Origin: an uncultured virus (IMG/VR IMGVR_UViG_3300046810_000373)
Taxonomy: Duplodnaviria; Heunggongvirae; Uroviricota; Caudoviricetes; Schitoviridae
Strand: one strand, 5' to 3'
Length of the DNA: 64,000 nt
IMG/VR virus record: IMGVR_UViG_3300046810_000373
Below, piece by piece: positions 37,558 to 48,732 of the stretch. The stretch's first letter is position 1, and each line of letters opens with the position of its first letter. The translations under genes were made by a program, and so were the position numbers. Under the pieces are notes generated by a model. That model was not told the origin of the DNA, searched no databases, and saw only the letters and a list, made by a program, of their open reading frames with translations.

Positions 37558-40050
37558 TTAAGTATATGCATCCGGTAATTTTGTGGAATATTCCGCGAAA
37601 TTATAAAGTAAATCTCGGGACATCTCCGCAATCTCACTTCCGGTCATCAACGTCCGGGTAAGGAAAGAGTCGGAGCTCTCAGCCAGGATCCGGGATGCGC
37701 TGGTGCTGTCGACCAACATCATCGGATCAATCTTTCCGGCACCATAGCCGAATTGCTCGAAAAAGGCTTGCTGTATTTTCTCGGCTTCCTTTTTGGCATT
37801 ATCTGCAAAATCCTGCATCTGCTGCCCAACCCTGGCAGTGTCTGCGTTGATTACCGCAGAATAGCCCTGCCCCAGGGAGTTGGTGATCGCCAGCAGGTTT
37901 TCCGCCTTCATGAGGCTGCCCCAGTCGAGAACCAGAGTACCTGTGCTGTGAAAGCTTCCGGCGGTTGAGCCAATAACGAACATGGCGACAGCTGCAATGA
38001 CAGCGCCAATCTCGGGACCGAAAATCATTCCCGCAACCTCTTGTAGGATGGTCACCAGCACCAGTGCGACGAAGGCATTAGCGATCGAGCCAACGATCGC
38101 GGCAGTGAGACCGGTCAGGCCCAGCGCCGCTCCGACAGCCATGTGGGCCCCAAGCAAGCCGATACCTGCGCCACCTGTGAAGACCACGGACAAAATCGCG
38201 ATAACGATGATGATGATGATCTGGAAAACCCCTGTCTCATACCATTTCTGCTTCTTGATTTTGTAGCAGTTGAACACTGCGAAAACGCAGGCTGTTCCCA
38301 TCTGGCTCGCATGAACAATCTCGGTTTCCCGCCAGGTGTCATAATGGAGCGGCACGATGAATTTCGACTCGTCGGTATCAGCCAGGGCCTCCGCCGCGGT
38401 GACGCTGACATTCATGGCTCCGTAGATGAAATTCATATGGTGGAGCCCGACGAGATCGAGATAGGTGTAGCTCGTGCTGGTTTTTTGCCAGTAGAGCCTC
38501 ACTCGATCGATGCTGAACCCGCTGGTCTCGGAGAAACCAAGATCAGGCCCGCCATAGGCGCCGGCAACGAATTCATCCGGGGGCAGGATCTCGAACCAAA
38601 GATCACCTCTCTTGGCTCCAACCCGACCAAGACCCGATCCGCCATCATTGGTGATATAAAACCAGTTCAAGCGGGTATCGTAATTCGTCGGAAGGTCGGG
38701 GCTGTTTCCCGCAATCCGAACCGTGTTCATGGACGATCCTGACAGGCCGGGCCGAGGAGGCTCGGGCGTTCCGAACAGGGACGATTCGCTATCAGATTGT
38801 GCGGTCTTCCACGCCTTCCAGGTCAGGAACGCCGCATCCTGGCTTTCCACTGCCGCCTTCCAGATCGCATAGCTATTCGGGCCACCAATCTGGGATTGCT
38901 GGAGCCTCTCGAAAAACCTGTAGAGATAGCGCTTGCATGAATTCTCGACGACGTTGAGAGAAACTCCGAATGCTACATAAGCATAATCGATGTCAGTCAG
39001 ATTGGGGTTATCTTCCAGTTTGGTTATAAAATCTGATAGTTTGGACCCGGTTGCTTTCTTATACGCCTTTTTGACCTGTGCATAAGCATCCGGGTAATGA
39101 GTGTCAGACAGGAAGACATTATCCAGCCGCACCGGCAGAAACGGAAAGAACTCTCCCATGGAGGTCCCGTCTTCTACGAGATCATCGAGCTCGGCATTGC
39201 CCGAGCCGACCCTATAAATAAAAAGCTGAACCTGCTGGTGAGCCAGTCCAATATAGGTCTGACTGTCCACTCGGTAAGATCGTTCCACCGGGGGGTCCGG
39301 ATCCTCATAAAAGTGCATGGTCTCGCGCAGATACTCAGCGCCGTCATCGTTGGCGCCAACATAGGTCATCCTGCTGTAAATAGTGTGCGTTACCCCCGCC
39401 GAGACATTGGAGCTCTCATAGGTCCATCCGGAGATCGAGGGAAAAGGATCCGTTCCAAGATCTACCGGCGTTCCGGTAATGACGGAGCCCATGCTTGAGC
39501 CCGTGACCTGGTTGTACCAGGCATAGATGTACTGGGATGCTGGATTGAAATCTGCTGGCGTAAAGGTCGCAGTGCCACCGCCCTCATAAGTGATCGTGAT
39601 CAAACTCCCGTCGGAGTTGATCTCCGCGGACCAATTGGTGCCGATGGCAGTAGGGTTATTGGCCAGAAGCCATTGCTCGACCCACAATCCATACTCGGCA
39701 CCACGAACCTCGGCGCGCTGGACCCAGACGCTATAGCCAAGAAGCCTCGTAATGGCGTCCTGAACCAGGGAGACACTCACAGTGCTGCTGGACAAAAGGG
39801 ATCCAGTTGGCATGCCAACCCGGCCGTAATTCGCGGGATCATTGGCCCAGCGGTAGAACGAACGGAACTTCATCGCCGGCCCGTTCAAATACCCGTTTTG
39901 TAGGGTCTGGCCGATAGAATCCTTGGTTCCCGACAAGACGTTTCGGGTCACCAGGCTCTTCAAATAATCAGGCCGGTCCTGTTCGGATCCGGCCATATTG
40001 TAGACCACCGAGTCGACAGTGATTTCGCGATCGCCGCTGAAGAACCCCAT
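37558..40050 (-). CDS. Virion protein (N4 gp53-like)
   Basis: 830 aa, KWYETG followed by a hydrophobic C-terminal stretch; synteny. Confidence 0.8.
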   Translation of the reverse strand: MGFFSGDREITVDSVVYNMAGSEQDRPDYLKSLVTRNVLSGTKDSIGQTLQNGYLNGPAMKFRSFYRWANDPANYGRVGMPTGSLLSSSTVSVSLVQDAITRLLGYSVWVQRAEVRGAEYGLWVEQWLLANNPTAIGTNWSAEINSDGSLITITYEGGGTATFTPADFNPASQYIYAWYNQVTGSSMGSVITGTPVDLGTDPFPSISGWTYESSNVSAGVTHTIYSRMTYVGANDDGAEYLRETMHFYEDPDPPVERSYRVDSQTYIGLAHQQVQLFIYRVGSGNAELDDLVEDGTSMGEFFPFLPVRLDNVFLSDTHYPDAYAQVKKAYKKATGSKLSDFITKLEDNPNLTDIDYAYVAFGVSLNVVENSCKRYLYRFFERLQQSQIGGPNSYAIWKAAVESQDAAFLTWKAWKTAQSDSESSLFGTPEPPRPGLSGSSMNTVRIAGNSPDLPTNYDTRLNWFYITNDGGSGLGRVGAKRGDLWFEILPPDEFVAGAYGGPDLGFSETSGFSIDRVRLYWQKTSTSYTYLDLVGLHHMNFIYGAMNVSVTAAEALADTDESKFIVPLHYDTWRETEIVHASQMGTACVFAVFNCYKIKKQKWYETGVFQIIIIIVIAILSVVFTGGAGIGLLGAHMAVGAALGLTGLTAAIVGSIANAFVALVLVTILQEVAGMIFGPEIGAVIAAVAMFVIGSTAGSFHSTGTLVLDWGSLMKAENLLAITNSLGQGYSAVINADTARVGQQMQDFADNAKKEAEKIQQAFFEQFGYGAGKIDPMMLVDSTSASRILAESSDSFLTRTLMTGSEIAEMSRDLLYNFAEYSTKLPDAYT

Positions 40051-40074
40051 AATTCGGGCCCACTCCTGTTGACC

Positions 40075-40947
40075 TCAGATGGTGAGATTGGTGCGCAATG
40101 CAGTCAGCACCTGGTCGATACTGGTGTTCTGGAAGTTGGTCGGAGCCAAAAGACCTTCATCGATCGTCTTCTGGGTGATCCAGGCATCGGTGAACATCTT
40201 CACGGCCTTGGTCTCGGCATCGCGCTTGTAGGAGGTGATCTGCTGCTCGTAGAGCGCCTTCTGCTTGCCAATCGAACCGACGATCGTCGCACCATCAGCC
40301 CGGGTGTCCAGCGTTTGCGCTCGCTGCACTTCGATCTGCTCTTGGAGCAGGGTCTTATGGAGAGGCAGGATCTGTGCGTTGGTGAAGGAGATACCCACAC
40401 CCTGCGCCAGAAGGTTGCCATAGGTGGCGTCCTCCGTGGCAAGCTTGAGCTTCGTCAGGCCGTAATTGGCCTCAGTCGTTGCAGCCTCGAACTGGGCCCG
40501 GACCAATTGCAGGCGAGCGGTCTCAAGTTCGAGGCGAGCCTTGACGCCCTCGATCTCGGCAAGCCGCGCCTGCTTCTGAACCAGAAGGGCCTGCCAATAA
40601 GCCTGGTCCTTCCCGAGCAGGAACTGGGCCGACGTCTGGAGTGCCGCACCGACAACCCCAATATAGGCCTTGCTGTATTCGGCGCCGCTGAGGCGATTGG
40701 AAGAGTATTCCTCCTTCAGGTGCGCCTTCAGGCTGGTCATCAACAGATCGAAGACACCGGAGCCGCCGACCTGACCTGTGGTCAGATCTTCGGTCTCCAG
40801 TTTGTCGATCGGGAGATAACTCTCTCCCGTCGCAGAAGGCTGCTGAAACAGCGGATCGGCCAGGTTGATCAGAGGGAAATTGAAATTCCGCCCTGCAACG
40901 AGTGCCGGAAGTAGGCTGTTAGCAAGAAGCTCTGATCCGGAAGCCAT
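40075..40947 (-). CDS. Structural protein (N4 gp54-like)
   Basis: GSGVFDLLM, GKQKALYEQQITSY, DAWITQKTIDEG. Confidence 0.8.
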   Translation of the reverse strand: MASGSELLANSLLPALVAGRNFNFPLINLADPLFQQPSATGESYLPIDKLETEDLTTGQVGGSGVFDLLMTSLKAHLKEEYSSNRLSGAEYSKAYIGVVGAALQTSAQFLLGKDQAYWQALLVQKQARLAEIEGVKARLELETARLQLVRAQFEAATTEANYGLTKLKLATEDATYGNLLAQGVGISFTNAQILPLHKTLLQEQIEVQRAQTLDTRADGATIVGSIGKQKALYEQQITSYKRDAETKAVKMFTDAWITQKTIDEGLLAPTNFQNTSIDQVLTALRTNLTI

Positions 40948-40983
40948 TATTATCTCTCCGATTATCGTCGGTAATCCGGAGGA

Positions 40984-41754
40984 TTACGCGAGGCCGTTCG
41001 CAGCCGCCTGCGAAGCTGCCAGACGTGAAAGCTCATCCGCAGTCAGCGGCTCGAGAACCTCGAGGGAGAACTCACGAGCATCCTGGCTCTCGATATGCTC
41101 CCGTCCATTCACCTTGCGGACCTTGATCGAAACGAAGGTGCGCTCCTGAAGCTGGCGATAGAGGCACATCGGCACATGGAAGCCGTTGTCGGTGACCTCG
41201 CCATAGGGAATGTATTTCCGCACCGTGCCGAGATACTCGTTGGCGACAGTCAGGATCTCGCCAGGAAGATCCTTCTTCTTCGGATCCAGATTGGTGATGC
41301 GCAGACGAACCAGCGCCAGCTCCGTCTCCATGAGCTGTTCACGGATCGTTTTGGGCCGGGTCGGGATTGGCGCCGCGGCCAGAGGATCTTCCTGGACGTT
41401 CAGCACTGCCGGCGGAATTGCGGTGACCACGGGAGAAGGCGGAACCGGGGCAAGAGTCTGGAGCTGTTCGGCCGGCTCCTGGCTCTCGGCGATATCCTGC
41501 GCTTCGCCATCGAGCTTGGCCTGGATCCGAGCACGGAGCGTGTCGACGCTGATGTTGTTGGAGAAGCTGACACCCATCAAGGTGGCACGCTGCTTGAGCA
41601 TGCTCAGCTCGGTCACCTGAGGCTCGCTTTCGGCGGTCTCCTCGACAACGGGAATGGGAGCAGGCTGATTGACTGCGGGGGCTGCCTGGCTCGTTGCAGG
41701 GGCAGCCGCGCCAACACCCGAGAGATTCTTGAAGAGATTATCGGAAGAGGACAT
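40984..41754 (-). CDS. N4 gp55-like protein
   Basis: LKQRATLMGVSFSNNI, LVRLRITNLDPKK..GEI, LTADELSRLA. Confidence 0.8.
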   Translation of the reverse strand: MSSSDNLFKNLSGVGAAAPATSQAAPAVNQPAPIPVVEETAESEPQVTELSMLKQRATLMGVSFSNNISVDTLRARIQAKLDGEAQDIAESQEPAEQLQTLAPVPPSPVVTAIPPAVLNVQEDPLAAAPIPTRPKTIREQLMETELALVRLRITNLDPKKKDLPGEILTVANEYLGTVRKYIPYGEVTDNGFHVPMCLYRQLQERTFVSIKVRKVNGREHIESQDAREFSLEVLEPLTADELSRLAASQAAANGLA

Positions 41755-41790
41755 TGGGATTTTTCCTGAAATGGGGTCTCTATTAAATAG

Positions 41791-41815
41791 AAAAGGGCGG
41801 GAGTAATCCCGCCCT
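41791..41815 (-). terminator. Intrinsic terminator after major capsid gene
   Basis: AGGGCGGGA-gtaa-TCCCGCCCT with TTT downstream on the - strand. Confidence 0.8.
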
Positions 41816-41839
41816 CCTTATCTCACATTATCAGACCGA

Positions 41840-43030
41840 TTAGATCGGCGCCACACACTTGATGAGGCCGATACGCTCGGGTCGCTTGATCAGGATACCG
41901 TAGTACCACTTGATCGAACTGAACCCGGTCTCGCCGTAGGGGTCATTGCGATCGGCGGCCTCCTTGCCCGGCATCTTGGTCATGACGTTGAACTTGACCG
42001 TCTTGCCGTCGGTCTGGAAGCCGATGGTCGACCAGGAGTCCTCGCCCAGAACCAGCATCGGGAAGACGTCATACTTCCCCGACGTCGCCCGATATCCAGG
42101 GTTGGTGCCGACGTTGGCGCCGACACCGGCCCAGCTCAGCATCTCCGGAACCTGGACCAGACGGAAAGCATCGATGGTGCCGATCTCGCCGTTCATGATC
42201 GTCCCGGCGTCGCCGTACTGCTGGACCGGAATGAACGCCTGGTTGTTGAACAGGTCCTTCATCCCCTTGAGCAGCGGAACCAGCTCGGAGCCAACGAACA
42301 TGACACGAGCCGCCGGCAGGGTCTTGGTGTCGATTAGGCGCGAGCCCGTGATCACCGTGGTCTGCTTGGGCGTGCGGTTGTCGGTCAGGATCTGATCGAG
42401 ACGCATCAGGTTCTGGTAGGAGACGATCGCCGCACCGGCGCCTTCACCGCTGACCGTGCCATTGGAAACCGCGGAGCCCGCATAGAGGATGACGCCGGCC
42501 GACGAGAGGAGATCCTTCTGGAGCACAGCTTCGGTGAGCTGAACAGCGCCGTTCAGGAGTTCTCGCGACAGGTGAGACATCAGCTCATCGTCGGAATCGA
42601 AATCCATCGACTCCTGGGTGAACTCGGTGAAGAAGCCGAACTTGTGGATCGACCCTTCCCGCTGGAGACGGGTGAAGCCGACACGATTGACGCGGCCGCC
42701 GTTCTCGGAGAGGAGCGGAAGCTTGGCCGTGATCGTGCCGACATCCTTGGACGAGCCATAGAGGTTGCCATTGGCGCTCGTCACGCCGGCGGCATCGATG
42801 CCCTGGTCATTGATGTTGCGAGCGTCGAGCAGGGGCACATACTCATAGACCTTGATGGTCTTGCCCATGTTCTTGGGCATGTTGATCGTCGACGCGAGGG
42901 GCGAGAAATACTGCTCCTTGCGGGCCTCGATCAGCGCCTTCTTCAGCCAGAAGAAGGTGTTCATCTGGTCGGAGCCAGCACCGTCGATCGACGACTTGGA
43001 GCCGTCCGCGGGGGCGTTGTAATTCAACAT
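41840..43030 (-). CDS. Major capsid protein (N4 gp56 family)
   Basis: [45 protein letters not shown]. Confidence 0.95.
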   Translation of the reverse strand: MLNYNAPADGSKSSIDGAGSDQMNTFFWLKKALIEARKEQYFSPLASTINMPKNMGKTIKVYEYVPLLDARNINDQGIDAAGVTSANGNLYGSSKDVGTITAKLPLLSENGGRVNRVGFTRLQREGSIHKFGFFTEFTQESMDFDSDDELMSHLSRELLNGAVQLTEAVLQKDLLSSAGVILYAGSAVSNGTVSGEGAGAAIVSYQNLMRLDQILTDNRTPKQTTVITGSRLIDTKTLPAARVMFVGSELVPLLKGMKDLFNNQAFIPVQQYGDAGTIMNGEIGTIDAFRLVQVPEMLSWAGVGANVGTNPGYRATSGKYDVFPMLVLGEDSWSTIGFQTDGKTVKFNVMTKMPGKEAADRNDPYGETGFSSIKWYYGILIKRPERIGLIKCVAPI

Positions 43031-43082
43031 AGTCGGTGTTCCTTATTCTCAGAATATTATCTGAATAATATGGAGGCGATTT

Positions 43083-44360
43083 TTAAAGTCGCCCGTTGAA
43101 CTGTTTGAGGAATTCATCGTCCGCCATATTCAGCGGATTGATGAACGTGGCGGCCTTGCGAGCAGTGCTCGGGGAAGGCGATGCAGCACTGGCCTTGTCG
43201 TTGTTGGCGACGACTGGCTTGGGGGTCTCGGTCCTGGTGGCAATTACCTGGGCCGGCGCCACAACAGGTGCTGATGTCACCGTCGTGGTCTGGGTTTGCT
43301 CCGCGGGTGCCTTGAATGCGTTGGATGCTGCAAGGGCATCGCCGGCAGTCTTGTAAGCCTCGAGGAACGGGGCGTTCATCGGAATGGTGCCGAAAGTCTT
43401 CTGGCGTTCCATCTCGGCGACGATCTGGTCATAAATGCCATTGTCGCGTTGAGACTGGATGATGCCGAGAAGCTGAGGCGATTCCCAGAGAACACTCTTG
43501 GACTTCGGATCCCACGTCTGGTTGATGAGCTTCAGGGTCTCATTTCCGGTGGGCTGAGCCTCGATTTCCGAGACCGCCTCGTGAAATGCCACCTCGGCAT
43601 CACTGACAGCGTGGTTAACTGGATTATACCCTACATTATCTTCGGTATTCAAATCAAGGGGGTCAATACCGCTTTCCTTGATTATCTTCTTAATGGCTTC
43701 CGGATTTTTGTTATTAACCTCGATCAGGAAGCTGAGCCGGTCGGGATCGACCAGGTTGTTCTTCTCCAGCATGCGCAGCGTCTTGAGATGCGGCTGCATG
43801 TCCTGGATCTTGCGACCATAGTTGGCGCCCATCTGCATCAGACGGATCGCCTCCTCCGGGGACTTCGGCTCGATCGTGCGTCCGTTCGCTTTGAACGGCG
43901 TCATGATCTGCTTATAGAAGCCCTCGTAATCGGGGGCTTCGGGAGTGGTCTTCGGGTCGGGTTTTTCTTCGACCTTGGGATCCTTGCCTGCTTTGGCATC
44001 CTCCGGTTTGCCTGCCTCCTTCCCTGCGGCCGCCGTGCCGGCGTCCTTCTGGTCAGGGGCGGCAACCTCGTCTGCCTTCGCAGGCTCGGGCTTCTTGAGT
44101 TGATCATCAGGTGCTGAGAGGCTGGGATCAGCTTTGTCCGAATCCGCGGAACCAGAAGCAGCAACAACGGGATCGGCAACAACGGGCTTCTCCTCGGTCT
44201 GCTCGGCGCTCTTTGCGGGTTCAACGATGGTCTCAGCGGTTTGCTGGGCGACCTGCTCCGGCGCAGCCTCCTGCTGTTCGGCTGGCTTGTCGGGCTTTTC
44301 GATCGGAGAGGCGTTGAGAAACTCCTCGTCCGACATGTTCAGGAACTGGTTCGTGGCCAT
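43083..44360 (-). CDS. N4 gp57-like (scaffold/tape-measure-annotated) protein
   Basis: MSDEEFLN, PFKANG, LMQMGANY, PLNMADDEF. Confidence 0.8.
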   Translation of the reverse strand: MATNQFLNMSDEEFLNASPIEKPDKPAEQQEAAPEQVAQQTAETIVEPAKSAEQTEEKPVVADPVVAASGSADSDKADPSLSAPDDQLKKPEPAKADEVAAPDQKDAGTAAAGKEAGKPEDAKAGKDPKVEEKPDPKTTPEAPDYEGFYKQIMTPFKANGRTIEPKSPEEAIRLMQMGANYGRKIQDMQPHLKTLRMLEKNNLVDPDRLSFLIEVNNKNPEAIKKIIKESGIDPLDLNTEDNVGYNPVNHAVSDAEVAFHEAVSEIEAQPTGNETLKLINQTWDPKSKSVLWESPQLLGIIQSQRDNGIYDQIVAEMERQKTFGTIPMNAPFLEAYKTAGDALAASNAFKAPAEQTQTTTVTSAPVVAPAQVIATRTETPKPVVANNDKASAASPSPSTARKAATFINPLNMADDEFLKQFNGRL

Positions 44361-44378
44361 GATGATCCGCTCCAGCTC

Positions 44379-44714
44379 TTACTCGGCCGCCGTTTCGGCG
44401 CGGAGTTCTGCGAGGGTCTCGTACATGTCGGGGAGCTCCCGAGCAGCGGTATGCCCCATCTGGACCATGTCGCTCAGATAACGCCGCATGAAGCCGGTGG
44501 CCCGGGCTTCCTCGAGGCAGCTTTCCCGGATCTCCCTGGAAAGCCGCGGATCCGTGCTCATCTGAACCAGTCGAGCAGCATCCTCCTTGAAGTAGCCCTC
44601 GATGAAGAGCTTCCGGAACTCGAAGTTCTCGGACAGCTTCAGTGCGCGATCACGGCGCTCGACCAGATCCTTCTTCAGAGCGATCTCGTGTTCGAGCTTG
44701 GCAATATCAGACAT
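44379..44714 (-). CDS. N4 gp58-like hypothetical protein
   Basis: LSENFEFRKLFIEGYF; lies between portal and gp57. Confidence 0.75.
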   Translation of the reverse strand: MSDIAKLEHEIALKKDLVERRDRALKLSENFEFRKLFIEGYFKEDAARLVQMSTDPRLSREIRESCLEEARATGFMRRYLSDMVQMGHTAARELPDMYETLAELRAETAAE

Positions 44715-44763
44715 AATCAGTCCTCATTTTCTTTGCTGGGTTTAAACGGCAATTATCTGCCAT

Positions 44764-47091
44764 TTAGATGTTTATCGCTGGATTTAATGCCGGGTCAAGT
44801 TGCGGCTGAAAATCCTGAGAATTAAGAGATAATCTAGGGTCGATTATCTCCTGCGAATCCCGAGCAGGAATTGATGCGGGGGCGACAGGTTCCGGGAGAT
44901 TATTTGCTCGTGGATCGTTCTTCAGTTTGCTGAGCTGGTTCCAGCCCACGGCGGCCTCGATGTCAGGGTCTTTCTCCCCTCCGTCGACTTGCTTCTTTGG
45001 ACGAACCAGAGCTTTGGTGATTTCGAGATCCTGGTTCGCCTGAGCTTGTGCGCCGGCCGCCTCGATACCCCGGGCATGCTTGGTGCCCGTTTCCTGCTCA
45101 GTCGTGTCCAGGTCTGCCTGGTTGGCTTGCGCGCGCTCACGCTGCGCCCGAGCCCGGTTGAGCTCGATCTCGCTATCGAGCTTCTCGATCTCTTTGAGCT
45201 CGCGCTGAACCTCGGCTTTCTTCAACTCCTCGGCCAGAGGATCGGGTTGAGGCTGGAATTGCCGGAGCTGCTCGACCAGCGGGTACATCCGCTTCAGCCG
45301 AGCGATCTCCATCAGGATCATTTTCGTGATCCCAAAATCGACCGTGTTGCCCATGGTCTGGAGCATGAAAGCCAGATCCTGGGACTTCGAATTGTCGATC
45401 TCCGCGGTGGCTATATCGACCTCAAGATCGAATTCGCCAATGAGGTCTTCACGCTTGACCTTGACGAATTCGGTGTTGGTGATCCGGATCGTCTCTTCCT
45501 CGGAGAGGAAGACGGCATTCATTGCCGTGATCTTCTTGCCGATCCGAACCAGGCCATCGGCCATGCGGCGCAGGATCGCCATCTCGCGCTTGGAGGCGGC
45601 ATCCAGAACGCCACGGATACCGGCTGCGACATCGCCATAGGCTTCACCCGAGATGCCGCCGGCGAAGGCTTTGACGCCGGTAAGAGCTTCAGCCTCCTGG
45701 TTCTGGAGCTGAAGCATCACCATCGCCGACTGGGGGATCTCAGGATACTTGTGCTCGACGATGCCGGCCTGGGGCGTCAGGTTGGGATTGAACTCATAAT
45801 CCCTGCCCTCCTCGTATCGCCGACGGTTGACGACATCGAGCATGCCCTTGGCAAAGCCTTGTTGCCCATTGGCCGATCGACCCAGAAGATCGATCATGCC
45901 CCGGGTCACGGCGCCCAGGATTCGCTGGTTGTCCTCGAGCAGCTCGGCATCAGGCTCGCCCAGAAGCTCTCGCTTCACGGGCATATAGTTCACGACGATG
46001 TAGGGGGGTTTCTGGTCCGGGAAGGGGTTCTCTTCCAGGCGGATCATGACCCCTGAGATCCAGGTAGCCACGATCGGCACGAGTTCACCGGTGCCGTGGA
46101 TATCCCAGAGACCCCAGAACTCGTAGGCGACAACCTTCTTTCGAAGAGCGTCGGTGAAGTTGAAATTGGTGTCAGTCGAAGCCGGAGTATGATCTGGGGT
46201 GGTAACAGCCGAGGCTGCCTCCCAGTTCACATGACCGAGGTTCTTGTAGCGCTTCGGCTCTTTCTTGAGCTCGGCCTGAGAGGTCTCGAAGGACTCGATC
46301 GTAAAGGAGGCCTTCTCCAGGTCAGAGCCACAGGATGGATCAAAATAGATGTTATCCGGATTGACCACTCGAACCAGGGGGCGGTTATCCAGCACCTTTT
46401 CGACCTTGACCTTTTCGGTGCCGACCTGTTGAGCGATCGAAGGCTGGCCGGTTTCTTCAAAGAATCCGACAGCCTTCTGAAGCTCCAGAGGTACGGTCTC
46501 GTTGAACTGTCGAGGATCCGCCTGCTTGAGCTGAATAGCGGCATCGAGCTCCTGGATCTGGGCCTCTTCGGTGGGAGCCAGATAACTCCAGACGGGAGCC
46601 TCCTCCTCGACCATCTTGGTGACGCGGCACCAGCCAACACGCACGATCGCCGAGCCTTCATCAACATTGGCCCGGATATAATCGTCGATGAAGCGGACAC
46701 GGTTCAGCTTGGTGCGAAACTGCCAGTTGAGCACGAGTTCGTTTTGGCGTGCGGCCGTCTCATCCTCGAAGGTCGTCGGCTTGACATCGAAAAGCTTCTC
46801 GCTGGAATTGAACGGCTCGGTCAGCGCCGAGTAGCGCCATTCCGCCTGGCGCCGGATCAGCTTTGGCTGGACCTGGGAATGCCCCTTGATTTTAGGCGCC
46901 TTGGCAGGGCCTTCGACCTTCAGGAGATCATTCCACCGGCGGACTTTGCCAACATGGATATCATGCGCCGGCTTCGACGCATCGAGATCTCGGATCAGCT
47001 CCTGAGCCGTAGGCTCATTCTTCCAGGACGTAAGCTTTGGAGCCTGGGCAGGATTGACCGAGACATTATTTGATTGCGTCGCCATTTTCAT
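44764..47091 (-). CDS. Portal protein (N4 gp59-like)
   Basis: LTSWKNEP, PKLIRRQAEWRYSAL, RGMIDLLGRSANGQ, LDAASKRE. Confidence 0.93.
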   Translation of the reverse strand: MKMATQSNNVSVNPAQAPKLTSWKNEPTAQELIRDLDASKPAHDIHVGKVRRWNDLLKVEGPAKAPKIKGHSQVQPKLIRRQAEWRYSALTEPFNSSEKLFDVKPTTFEDETAARQNELVLNWQFRTKLNRVRFIDDYIRANVDEGSAIVRVGWCRVTKMVEEEAPVWSYLAPTEEAQIQELDAAIQLKQADPRQFNETVPLELQKAVGFFEETGQPSIAQQVGTEKVKVEKVLDNRPLVRVVNPDNIYFDPSCGSDLEKASFTIESFETSQAELKKEPKRYKNLGHVNWEAASAVTTPDHTPASTDTNFNFTDALRKKVVAYEFWGLWDIHGTGELVPIVATWISGVMIRLEENPFPDQKPPYIVVNYMPVKRELLGEPDAELLEDNQRILGAVTRGMIDLLGRSANGQQGFAKGMLDVVNRRRYEEGRDYEFNPNLTPQAGIVEHKYPEIPQSAMVMLQLQNQEAEALTGVKAFAGGISGEAYGDVAAGIRGVLDAASKREMAILRRMADGLVRIGKKITAMNAVFLSEEETIRITNTEFVKVKREDLIGEFDLEVDIATAEIDNSKSQDLAFMLQTMGNTVDFGITKMILMEIARLKRMYPLVEQLRQFQPQPDPLAEELKKAEVQRELKEIEKLDSEIELNRARAQRERAQANQADLDTTEQETGTKHARGIEAAGAQAQANQDLEITKALVRPKKQVDGGEKDPDIEAAVGWNQLSKLKNDPRANNLPEPVAPASIPARDSQEIIDPRLSLNSQDFQPQLDPALNPAINI

Positions 47092-47094
47092 CTC

Positions 47095-47316
47095 TCAACG
47101 AATGGTGCGGCAGGCCCGCAGCTTGTCTCGATCATCGAGCCCGGCAGCGAGGACCGTTGCCAGGGCAGAACCAGAAGGAAGGGCATCAAGCTCCTGAGCG
47201 GCCCGTTCCTGGATCTCGGGAGCGATCTTCGTCGGGGCAGCACAATCAGTAGTCACGCTTACGCAGCCGCTCAGCCACATCAGAGCCGCTGGTATTACGA
47301 GCGTCGATTTTTGCAT
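47095..47316 (-). CDS. o-spanin (Rz1-like lipoprotein)
   Basis: MQKSTLVIPAALMWLSGC lipobox; overlaps the 3' end of the i-spanin. Confidence 0.65.
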   Translation of the reverse strand: MQKSTLVIPAALMWLSGCVSVTTDCAAPTKIAPEIQERAAQELDALPSGSALATVLAAGLDDRDKLRACRTIR

Positions 47317-47548
47317 AAGCCTTCTCCCGCTTATCTTGAATATCCCGAGCGATTTTGGCCGAATGCTCTTTCTCGTCTCGGCGGCCTTTGAAATAAACCA
47401 TGGCCACAACTCCCAGCATCGCGACCAGGGCTGCCAGGCGCTCACCACCATAGATGTAGGCCGCGATCACGAGAGCGATCAGAGCAGCCCAGGGCCAGTA
47501 TTCCCCGGTGATACTGAGGATGAGTTTGAAAAATTGTAGTAGATCCAC
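47246..47548 (-). CDS. i-spanin (Rz-like)
   Basis: N-terminal hydrophobic segments, YFKGRRD, then a helical charged tail. Confidence 0.65.
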   Translation of the reverse strand: MDLLQFFKLILSITGEYWPWAALIALVIAAYIYGGERLAALVAMLGVVAMVYFKGRRDEKEHSAKIARDIQDKREKAYAKIDARNTSGSDVAERLRKRDY

Positions 47549-47559
47549 GGTGCGTTTCC

Positions 47560-47868
47560 TTACCGGCTCGGGGGATCGAGACGCTTTTCAAGGCGGATCA
47601 TGAGTTCTTTTACGACTTGGACATCACCAGTCATTCGGGCGATCAGGGACATTCCGTCCCTCTGTTGGATCTCCAGCGTATCGACTTTCTTCCTGTACTC
47701 GACGACGCTGACTTCCAGAGTCGTCAGCTTGGTCTTCATTTCCTGCATATTGCTCCAGGAATAGCCGATCCAGGCGACCCCCAGCAGAATGATGCCCCAT
47801 GCCGGAATTGTTCCATCCCACTTCAGCAGAGTGCCATCTTTCGGCAAATTGGCAGGAGCATCGGACAT
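47560..47868 (-). CDS. Membrane-anchored coiled-coil protein (lysis cassette)
   Basis: One TM segment followed by heptad repeats. Confidence 0.55.
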   Translation of the reverse strand: MSDAPANLPKDGTLLKWDGTIPAWGIILLGVAWIGYSWSNMQEMKTKLTTLEVSVVEYRKKVDTLEIQQRDGMSLIARMTGDVQVVKELMIRLEKRLDPPSR

Positions 47869-48057
47869 GGTCTGATTATCTCTTACGATTATCTGGATTT
47901 TCAATGAGTCGAGAAACATCACTGGGCGCTTTCTGCCCTGTGAGTTATTCAATGAATTTGGGAGAATATCAATAGAAAATACCGGGAGGTAAATGCCATC
48001 CCGGTTATCTCAATAATCAGGGCGTATTACGAACGCCGGATATGAGGAGGAGTTCCT

Positions 48058-48732
48058 CTAGATGCCGCTGAGGCAAAGCTCCGCTTCGCCAATGCGCCGG
48101 GCATCCCCCATTTCTCGTCGTCGAACCAGACCTGTCACAACCTGCCCGCCGGCTTTGTTCCAGGACGTCTGGGCCTCGCAAGCCTGGCGATATTTGCCCT
48201 CGCCGGCGAGCTTGGCTGCCTTGGATCCACTCATCCCGCCGACGCCGAAGTTGTAGGCGCCCGAGATCATTGTCGCCTGGACTGAGACCGGGAACGAGGT
48301 GAAGCCCTTGATGCGCTTGGTCAGCGGCAGATAGTAGTCAGCATAGACCCGCTTCTCGAGCATCGCTTCGCATTCGGCCTTGGTCTTCACCATGCCGGCC
48401 GTGATGCCCTTGGTCTCGCCATAACAGATGTCCCAGATCTTGGCGTAGGGATCCCAGTGCGATTTGAGCACCAGACCTTCCCAGGGCTTGATCAGGGCGT
48501 TGGTGGCGAGGATCACCGCCTCGGGGGTCTTCATGCCCTGGTAGCCGACGGCTGAGGCCGCGGCGATGCCGGCAGCGACGATCGCTGCCTTGGCTCGCTT
48601 GGATGAGCTCAGCTTGCCGACGGCGCCCTTCCCCGTCACCTGGGAAGCCACCGGCTTCACGGATGGAGCGACAGGGCGAGACTGAGGAGCTTTCGCTCCA
48701 AATAGCCTCTTGAGGAACTCGATGAAGCTCAT
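48058..48732 (-). CDS. Endolysin, GH24 lysozyme, possibly SAR-type
   Basis: WEG..WDP..ICYGET, AYNFG, WNKAGG, GLVRRR; Ala/Gly-rich hydrophobic stretch before the catalytic Glu. Confidence 0.9.
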   Translation of the reverse strand: MSFIEFLKRLFGAKAPQSRPVAPSVKPVASQVTGKGAVGKLSSSKRAKAAIVAAGIAAASAVGYQGMKTPEAVILATNALIKPWEGLVLKSHWDPYAKIWDICYGETKGITAGMVKTKAECEAMLEKRVYADYYLPLTKRIKGFTSFPVSVQATMISGAYNFGVGGMSGSKAAKLAGEGKYRQACEAQTSWNKAGGQVVTGLVRRREMGDARRIGEAELCLSGI